In this document: positions 6,494 to 12,540 of the stretch, in pieces
How positions within the stretch are numbered: the stretch's first letter is position 1
How the letters are laid out: every line of letters begins with the position of its first letter
From: a virus
Virus record (IMG/VR): IMGVR_UViG_3300045988_010493
Span: 1 to 12,540 of that record
Length of the DNA: 12,540 nt
Reading direction: 5' to 3' (one strand)
The notes under the pieces: model-generated
Database searches by the model: none
Told to the model about the DNA's origin: nothing
The model's input: the letters and a program-made list of their open reading frames with translations, nothing else
Program-made: the position numbers and the translations under genes

Positions 6494-6825
6494 CATACAA
6501 GGATATTCTGGCATTGGCGCATGCCGGTTATAGTGCAGACCAGATCGGCAAGCTGGCTATGCTGGAGCAGATGCCCGCTCCTGCTGCACCTGCTGCACCT
6601 GCTGCACCTGCTACACCTGCTACACCTGCTACACCTGCTACACCTGCTACACCTGCTGCACCTGCGGCGGTTGACTATCAGGCTATGATGGCCGAACTGC
6701 TGGGAATCAAAAACGCAATCCAGACTGGTAATGTGCAGACCAGCCAGCAGCCGGAACAGCCGATGACGGCTGATCAGATTTTAGCAAATATCATCGCCCC
6801 GAAACCTATTAAAAAGGAGGACTAA
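6490..6825 (+). CDS. Putative scaffolding protein, 111 aa, with a central Pro-Ala-(Ala/Thr) repeat linker
   Basis: The gene is small, helical and acidic and lies directly upstream of the capsid gene, as phi29 gene 7 lies upstream of gene 8. AAGGAGG lies upstream, and the start overlaps the endolysin stop (ATGA). Confidence 0.45.
   Translation: MTYKDILALAHAGYSADQIGKLAMLEQMPAPAAPAAPAAPATPATPATPATPATPAAPAAVDYQAMMAELLGIKNAIQTGNVQTSQQPEQPMTADQILANIIAPKPIKKED
6574..6669 (+). repeat. 9-bp tandem repeat CCTGCTRCA, about 10 units, within the scaffold-like gene
   Basis: Read directly: 3 x CCTGCTGCA, 5 x CCTGCTACA, 1 x CCTGCTGCA, then degenerate CCTGCGGCG, preceded by CCCGCT. It encodes PAPAAPAAPAAPATPATPATPATPATPAAPAA. 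Confidence 0.95.
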
Positions 6826-6827
6826 TA

Positions 6828-8057
6828 ATGGCAACTGTAAATGACATGGTAGTAAATCAGGCCGGAACGATCTTGACGAGCCTTGTAAAACAGGCGACCG
6901 GCCAGACGGTTATCACTCCTACCAACTCCACGGAGTTTGTCAGCGTGGCGACTACGGCACTTAAAACGGGCGTTGATCCTATCATCAACGCATTATCCCA
7001 GATGTGGGGCAGAACCATTTTTTCCCAGCGGCCCTATACCAGACGTTTTAACGGTCTGGAAATGGATATGCAGCGCTGGGGTAATGCTACCCGGAAAATG
7101 TCCGTGGCTGATAAGCCGGTGGAGGATGACGCGCGCTTTACATGGCCTGTGGGCTACAACGCGGATCAGGCCCCCGCCAGCGGTGACGGTAAGAGCGTGG
7201 ACATGTATGCACTGAATAAGTCTGATGTTTTGCAGACCAATTTTTACGGGCAGTCCGTATACGAAAACAGCTATACGATCTTCCGCGACAACATCGATAC
7301 CGCGTTTACCGGCCCGGAGGAGTTTATGCGTTTCGTCTCCATGGTGGGCCAGAATCGTGCCGACAAGCTGGAGCAGTACCGGGAAACCATGGGGCGCGGC
7401 CTGCTGGCAAACTATGCCGGCGCGCTGCTGGCTGAAGCGCAGGCAAGCCGTGTGGTGCATCTGCTGTCGGAGTATAATACCCTGACCAACCAGAAGTTGA
7501 CCGCCCAGACGGTCTATCAGCCTGACAACTTTACCCCGTTCATGCGCTGGGTGTATGCCCGTATCCGCACGCTAATGGAGCTTATGCGCGAACGTTCACA
7601 GATGTTCCAGACGGTTATCAATGCAAAGCCTGTCATGCGTCATACTCCGCCGGATCGTCTCAAATTGTACATGTACGCTCCTGCCATGGAGATGGTCAAA
7701 GCTATGGTGGCGTCTGAGACGTTCCATGATGATCTGATCCGGTATACGGACTATGAATCCGTCACGTTCTGGCAGTCTATCGAGAAGCCCGACAGCATTT
7801 CCGTCAATCCCGTCTATACCGGCACAGACGGCACGGTAAAGACAAAGGTAGGAGACGGCAGCAGCGCAGGCGTAGAGCAGGCCGGTATTTTTGGCATCAT
7901 GTTCGACGAGGACGCTCTGGGCTATGCACAGGTCAACGCGTGGAATCAGCTCACCCCGTTCAACGCAAAGGGCGGTTACTGGAACGATTTCGATCATGTC
8001 AATTTCCGCACTATGCAGGATATGACGGAAAAGGGCCTCATTCTGCTGCTGGACTAA
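6828..8057 (+). CDS. Putative major capsid protein, 409 aa
   Basis: The position between the scaffold-like gene and the tail knob/connector genes matches the phi29 late order 7-8-9-10. It has a strong SD (AAGGAGG), and its size is typical of small-podovirus HK97-fold capsid proteins. I could not verify any diagnostic motif by eye. Confidence 0.6.
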   Translation: MATVNDMVVNQAGTILTSLVKQATGQTVITPTNSTEFVSVATTALKTGVDPIINALSQMWGRTIFSQRPYTRRFNGLEMDMQRWGNATRKMSVADKPVEDDARFTWPVGYNADQAPASGDGKSVDMYALNKSDVLQTNFYGQSVYENSYTIFRDNIDTAFTGPEEFMRFVSMVGQNRADKLEQYRETMGRGLLANYAGALLAEAQASRVVHLLSEYNTLTNQKLTAQTVYQPDNFTPFMRWVYARIRTLMELMRERSQMFQTVINAKPVMRHTPPDRLKLYMYAPAMEMVKAMVASETFHDDLIRYTDYESVTFWQSIEKPDSISVNPVYTGTDGTVKTKVGDGSSAGVEQAGIFGIMFDEDALGYAQVNAWNQLTPFNAKGGYWNDFDHVNFRTMQDMTEKGLILLLD

Positions 8058-8070
8058 AAAGGGGGTAATC

Positions 8071-9474
8071 ATGGCTTTTCCGGTTGAACTGTGGAAAATC
8101 TCCAAAAAGACCAATAGCACAATGATTCCCGCAAAAGCTGCTGATGCTGTGTACCAGTGCGTTTCCAACGATACATTAGATGTCCTAGCCCCGGTATTAC
8201 CTATCAATATCGGGGCGGGGACATACCCCGCACAATACAACTATGCGCATATAGCAGCTTTTGACAGGTACTATTTTATCACAAACTGGACGTTCCAAAA
8301 TGGGCTGTGGTATGCTGCCATGACCATTGACGTGCTTGCCAGTTGGAAAATGGAAATTGGAGCGCAAACGCTTTATGTGGAGCGCAGCGCGTCCGATTTT
8401 ACCGGCACAATTCCCGATATGACCTATAACCGGACTGCGGATTTCACGGTGACGAAAATCCCGTTTACACTGGCAAACGCAGATCAGTCAACGTGGAAAA
8501 TTACAGGCAGTGCAGCCAGCGGTAGCTATGTGGTTGGCATTGTTGGGCAAGGTGGCGTAATCAACTATTGGGGATTTACGTATGCACAATACCAAGATTT
8601 GATGGCGACAGTTTTTAACTATAACTATGGATTCCAAGATGAGCAGCTTAAAGCAAGTTTTAATCCAATACAATATTTCACCACCATAATATGGTTTCCT
8701 TTTTCTGTGGCCCTATCCGGGACGGTGGAGGTGGAAATGGGATGGTGGACGATTACCGGCAGCAGTGGATATAAATTGGGTAGCAATACATATGTAAGTT
8801 ATGGCGCGTCCGTCAATCTGCCGAAACACCCACAGCAAGCCCGTGGAAAGTGGTTGAATGCCGGGGATACCGCACATTATACTTTACGTCTGCCCTGCTT
8901 TGGCATGCTGGATATTCAAGGGTATGATATGATTGATGCAACTTCAATCAATATCGAAGTCAACGTTGACTTGCCAACCGGCAAAGCGACATGTCTAATC
9001 ACCCCAAATTCCGCAGGCACGGCAACGCAAGTTGTAGACTATCAGGTAGGTGTATCAATGCCTATTGCGCAGTTACAGTCCAATATTTTGGGCATGGGTG
9101 CTAATACACTCCGCAGCGCTGGCGGTTTTGGCGCTATGCTGGGTGATGCGCTTGTGGGGGCCGTGCAGGGTGTCAGCGGTATTCTGGGCGCTATTCCTAA
9201 ACTGGGTAATATTTCTTTCGGTGATAAAGTTTCCACGTCCGGTGGGCTGGGCGGCCTGAATGACTGTACAATCAGCGGTATGCTGATTGCCGCGTTCCAG
9301 ATGGTTGCCGATGAAGATTTACCCGACCGTGGCAGACCGTATTGTAAGCGTGTGCAGCTTGATAGTCTGGCGGGGTTTATGATGATCTCTGACCCCGATA
9401 TTGATATCCCCTGCACCAGCACGGAAAACGCCCAGATTCAGAATCATATGCGATCAGGTTTTTTCTATGAATAG
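8071..9474 (+). CDS. Putative tail knob / distal tail tube protein (phi29 gp9-like), 467 aa
   Basis: The gene is syntenic with phi29 gene 9. The N-terminal block FDRYYFITNWTFQNGLWYAAMTIDVLASW resembles the gp9 segment NKWFYAFVTELEF...HFEIDVLQTW (from memory). A Gly/Ala-rich hydrophobic segment (aa ~335-410) resembles the gp9 membrane-active loop. Confidence 0.6.
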   Translation: MAFPVELWKISKKTNSTMIPAKAADAVYQCVSNDTLDVLAPVLPINIGAGTYPAQYNYAHIAAFDRYYFITNWTFQNGLWYAAMTIDVLASWKMEIGAQTLYVERSASDFTGTIPDMTYNRTADFTVTKIPFTLANADQSTWKITGSAASGSYVVGIVGQGGVINYWGFTYAQYQDLMATVFNYNYGFQDEQLKASFNPIQYFTTIIWFPFSVALSGTVEVEMGWWTITGSSGYKLGSNTYVSYGASVNLPKHPQQARGKWLNAGDTAHYTLRLPCFGMLDIQGYDMIDATSINIEVNVDLPTGKATCLITPNSAGTATQVVDYQVGVSMPIAQLQSNILGMGANTLRSAGGFGAMLGDALVGAVQGVSGILGAIPKLGNISFGDKVSTSGGLGGLNDCTISGMLIAAFQMVADEDLPDRGRPYCKRVQLDSLAGFMMISDPDIDIPCTSTENAQIQNHMRSGFFYE

Positions 9475-9488
9475 GAGGTGCGAGCAGA

Positions 9489-10394
9489 ATGAAACCGCCG
9501 TTTTCCTATGACGAACAGAACATTTTGGCAAGTCATAATTCACCCGGCACCGTGCATAGCCAAAATACAAATCTTGTGTACTACTACAAGCGCTATCTGC
9601 TGCAAAAAGCAATGTCGGTGTTCGAATGGCAGCTGCCGGAGACATGGAGCAGGGATTATTTTCTGTATGTGCTGTACTGCTGGGGCAACATTGCAGTTAT
9701 CAACACAGACAAATATGGTGTAATTCCGCAAGGCGGCACGTTGTCCGGCTATGATATCTACTACCAGCCCACCCATATACAGATCAGCAATCCGCTGTTG
9801 TCCGGCAATCTTTCTCCCCGTATTGGTGTTGAATGTACACTGTTCAAATTGCAGCCTGACTATGGTGGTATCCTCGATTTGGTGGGCGACTACGCGGAAT
9901 TGATGGCGATTGTGTCAGAGACGATCTCCATCAACCTTTTTAACAGTAAGATGTCGTATGTGTTCGCCGCCAGTAATAAGACGGCAGCGGAAAGCCTGAA
10001 AAAGCTATATGACCAGATTGGGGCAGGCAATCCCGCAGCGGTCATTGACAAAAATCTGTTTAACGATGATGGCAGTCCGGCATGGCAGGCGTTTTTCCAA
10101 AATATCGGGCAAAACTACATTGTAGACAAACTGCTATCCGATATGCGAAAAATCGAATCTATGTTTGATACTCATATCGGCATTCCCAACGCCAACACCG
10201 ACAAGCGGGAACGACTGGTTACAGACGAGGTCAACGCAAACAATGTTGAAACGTACAGTAAATGTTCCCTATGGCTGGAATCTCTGCAAGAATCGTGTGA
10301 AAAGGCAAACAATATGTTTGGCCTTGACCTGTGGGTTGACTGGCGCAAAATCCCCGGAGGAGGTGCAGCCGATGCGGGCGACAATATCAATTAA
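9489..10394 (+). CDS. Head-tail connector / portal (upper collar) protein, phi29 gp10-like, 301 aa
   Basis: VFEWQLPE matches gp10 LFEWENLP. GIPNANTDKRERLVTDEVNANNVE...LESLQESCEKANNMFGLDLWVDWR matches gp10 [24 protein letters not shown]...[24 protein letters not shown] (from memory). The size, 301 aa, is close to 309 aa. Confidence 0.85.
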   Translation: MKPPFSYDEQNILASHNSPGTVHSQNTNLVYYYKRYLLQKAMSVFEWQLPETWSRDYFLYVLYCWGNIAVINTDKYGVIPQGGTLSGYDIYYQPTHIQISNPLLSGNLSPRIGVECTLFKLQPDYGGILDLVGDYAELMAIVSETISINLFNSKMSYVFAASNKTAAESLKKLYDQIGAGNPAAVIDKNLFNDDGSPAWQAFFQNIGQNYIVDKLLSDMRKIESMFDTHIGIPNANTDKRERLVTDEVNANNVETYSKCSLWLESLQESCEKANNMFGLDLWVDWRKIPGGGAADAGDNIN

Positions 10395-10902
10395 AGGCTT
10401 GTATGACTACGACCATTCACTTTTTAACGGCATGTCGTGGCCGTCAGGAGTTGCGGAAGATGACGTATTGCCGGAAATGATGATGGAACTTGCAGAACTG
10501 GAATTGCTGTATCCGTCAGCAATCACCATGAAAGCGGCTATTGCATCATGGTCTAAAAGCAGGGTTTCCGCGTGGAATCGAATCGCCGCGGCACTGAATG
10601 CGGAATACAGCCCTATTGAAAACTATGACAGATACGAGGACTGGAACGACAAGGCCAACAGTAAAGGCGGCTACCTGAATAAAGTTGCCGGTTTTAACGT
10701 GGCGGATCAGATGCAGGATCAGTCATCCAGTGAGCAGTCTACCGACAGCGGAAGTGAACATAGCGGCCATGTACACGGCAATATAGGTGTGACTATGGCA
10801 CAGCAGATGATTTCCGCAGAGTTGGACTTACGCACTAAAAATGATATGGTACATATCATTATCAACGAGTTTAAGCAGCGGTTTTGTCTGATGGTGTATT
10901 AA
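10372..10902 (+). CDS. Putative lower collar / head-tail adaptor protein, 176 aa
   Basis: ATG at 10372 lies 8 nt after GGAGGAGG (10356-10363) and overlaps the connector gene by 23 nt. The position corresponds to phi29 gene 11. No motif was recognised. The 10165 start in the ORF track lies deep inside the connector gene and has no SD. Confidence 0.4.
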   Translation: MRATISIKGLYDYDHSLFNGMSWPSGVAEDDVLPEMMMELAELELLYPSAITMKAAIASWSKSRVSAWNRIAAALNAEYSPIENYDRYEDWNDKANSKGGYLNKVAGFNVADQMQDQSSSEQSTDSGSEHSGHVHGNIGVTMAQQMISAELDLRTKNDMVHIIINEFKQRFCLMVY

Positions 10903-10915
10903 AAGGAGGTATTAT

Positions 10916-12445
10916 ATGGCATTTAATCAATTTCCGTACAGCAATTTCCATGAGCTTAACCTTGACTGGCTTCTTAACAAGGTTAAGGAAATTGCAGCTG
11001 GTATGGATGATTTGGAAACAGCGTTTAAGGCGTTGAAAGAATGGGTGAACAACTATTTTGGAGATACGCAGATCGCCGCAGAAGTGCTTAAGGTGCTTAA
11101 CCAGTGGTTGGCAGATGGCACTATCAGCAACATGATTACCAGCAATTTACAGTTTGTGCCGACCGGCGACACGATGGCCGATTACAAGGCAGACACACTT
11201 AGCTGCATTGCCAGCTATTTGGTGGCGGAGTATGGCAGTGATTGCGTTGTCGGTACGCCTACTAACATTCCCGATCAAGTAGCAATCAGCTATTGGGATG
11301 AACACGGCTATCAAACGTTGCTGTCCACTAATCCCGCCACACGCGCTGCTGCAATGTCCAATTTTACGGATACCATCACAATTGATGGCAAAAACCTGCA
11401 CCGCATGTATCTTGATTGCAGCGCTTTTGTAACGCTCATCACGAAATGCCGCCACTATATCGAAAGCCCGTACTATAAAGCGTTTACTGACAGTACGGCG
11501 ACTGCTGACCAACTGCTCCCGCTGGCGCTGGAAAACGGCAATCTTAACACCAAACCTTATACGTTCGACTGGCTCAACTACATCATCACATTTCGCATGG
11601 CCTACATGATGGATCATTGCGGCAGCACTGTTAAGACACTCAGCACACGCAATTCTGGCGACCCTAATCCCGTTATTGCCGGAGACGTATTTGGGGCTTT
11701 GGAAACTGGTGATATCCTGTTTCGTGGCAGGTCGAACAACAGTAATGCATATAAGGGTATCCACCACGTACTTTACTATGTTAAGGATTTGGCCGACCTT
11801 AACAAATATGGTGCAAATTATGGTGTGTCATTTACCCATTATTCCGCTATCGAAAACGACAATACTAATTATGGATATGTCGTACATGTAAACGGTAGCA
11901 CGGATGGTAAAACGCACGATCAGGGCGGTGCAAAAAATGTGCTGCGCGTGGAAACATTGTATAGCCAGATGGTAAACCTTCCGGACGGTGCAGTATGGGC
12001 TAAGGTGTACACCGCCAAACCGTATAGTACAGCACTGCTTAGCAGCAAATGTTATAATATGTGTCATGGTCGTTACCCCATGGAATACGGATTTTTCGAA
12101 AGCTCCCGGTATCAATTTGACAAGCGCGTATGGTTTGTACCGTCCACTGGTATGCTTAATTTAGATAATATCGGTATTGACAGCTATTATCCCTCCTCTG
12201 GCAATTACGACCTCAACACCATCACCCCCGGTGTGTACTCGCTCGACAAAAGCGCACATACGTTGACCAACACACCGCCCAGCAGCACAGCCATAACATC
12301 CTATCTGATCTACATATGCAAGCTATCTGATTCCCGCGGTCTGCAAATCTATGTAGATGGTAACTGCAATGCATGGTTCAGGGTTAAAAACGGAAGCAGC
12401 TGGTTCAATTGGCGAAAGATTACCGCCACTATTGAAAGCGCATAG
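10916..12445 (+). CDS. Tail appendage / receptor-binding protein with a possible embedded NlpC/P60-like cell-wall hydrolase core, 509 aa
   Basis: The N-terminus FPYSNFHELNLDWLLNKVKE is a motif I recognise from N-termini of Firmicutes phage tail fibre/spike proteins. The internal MYLDCSAFV (Cys168, nt 11417-11419) and GDILFRG...GIHHVLYYV (His283/284, nt 11762-11767) resemble the NlpC/P60 DCSGF and GD..FF...HVGIY blocks. It is the last gene of the structural operon, as for phi29 genes 12/13. Confidence 0.55.
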   Translation: MAFNQFPYSNFHELNLDWLLNKVKEIAAGMDDLETAFKALKEWVNNYFGDTQIAAEVLKVLNQWLADGTISNMITSNLQFVPTGDTMADYKADTLSCIASYLVAEYGSDCVVGTPTNIPDQVAISYWDEHGYQTLLSTNPATRAAAMSNFTDTITIDGKNLHRMYLDCSAFVTLITKCRHYIESPYYKAFTDSTATADQLLPLALENGNLNTKPYTFDWLNYIITFRMAYMMDHCGSTVKTLSTRNSGDPNPVIAGDVFGALETGDILFRGRSNNSNAYKGIHHVLYYVKDLADLNKYGANYGVSFTHYSAIENDNTNYGYVVHVNGSTDGKTHDQGGAKNVLRVETLYSQMVNLPDGAVWAKVYTAKPYSTALLSSKCYNMCHGRYPMEYGFFESSRYQFDKRVWFVPSTGMLNLDNIGIDSYYPSSGNYDLNTITPGVYSLDKSAHTLTNTPPSSTAITSYLIYICKLSDSRGLQIYVDGNCNAWFRVKNGSSWFNWRKITATIESA

Positions 12446-12463
12446 TAATATAAGCACAGCTAA

Positions 12464-12486
12464 TACCGCGTAACTTTAGCGCGGTA
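12464..12486 (+). terminator. Hairpin after the last gene, a possible 3' end stabiliser or weak terminator
   Basis: TACCGCG (12464-12470) and CGCGGTA (12480-12486) form a 7-bp stem with a 9-nt loop, 19 nt after the TAG stop. No U-tract follows, so it is not a canonical intrinsic terminator. Confidence 0.3.
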
Positions 12487-12540
12487 AAGTAAACAGTGTA
12501 TTCAGGTGGTGGACATGTGGTGATGCTACGTGTCCACCAC
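12469..12540. repeat. Right inverted terminal repeat (72 bp)
   Basis: It is the reverse complement of 1-72 with 2 mismatches. The window ends with ...CACCAC, the mirror image of the left end. Confidence 0.95.

Noticed and set aside
6574-6669. Regular short repeats considered as a possible CRISPR array
   Set aside because: The units are 9 bp, contiguous with no spacers, in frame within a coding region and encode a Pro-Ala/Thr linker. This is a coding microsatellite, not a CRISPR array.
10165-10371. Upstream extension of the collar-gene ORF (the ORF track starts it at 10165)
   Set aside because: The extension would overlap the connector gene by about 230 nt in another frame with no SD. The ATG at 10372 has a perfect GGAGGAGG 8 nt upstream.

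Overview
The window appears to be a complete linear dsDNA genome of about 12.5 kb from a very small phi29-like, protein-primed tailed phage. It is bounded exactly by 72-bp inverted terminal repeats (1-72 and 12469-12540, 2 mismatches). All convincing genes are on the + strand, tightly packed, mostly with strong GGAGG-type Shine-Dalgarno sites, and TGA, TAA and TAG all act as stops (standard code). The left half (about 200-5503) carries small early ORFs (Cys-rich proteins and membrane peptides), a candidate terminal protein, a family-B protein-primed DNA polymerase with all exonuclease and polymerase motifs, a SpoVG-like nucleic-acid-binding protein with an SSB-type acidic tail, and a phi29 gp16-like packaging ATPase. 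A consensus sigma-A promoter (5511-5539) followed by a GC-rich structured RNA element precedes the right half. The right half encodes holin, amidase-SPOR endolysin, a putative scaffold, major capsid protein, gp9-like tail knob, gp10-like connector, a putative lower collar and a tail appendage with a possible NlpC/P60-like hydrolase core. No integrase, repressor, tRNA, CRISPR array or minus-strand gene is supported. SD usage and the lysis proteins suggest a Gram-positive (Firmicutes/Clostridia-like) host, which is inference. The points most worth follow-up are the ITR ends with GTGGTG reiteration, the unresolved polymerase N-terminus (possible +1 frameshift or homopolymer error), the SpoVG/SSB-tail chimera and the structured RNA next to the ATPase gene. 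All homology statements come from motif recognition and remembered sequences, not from searches.
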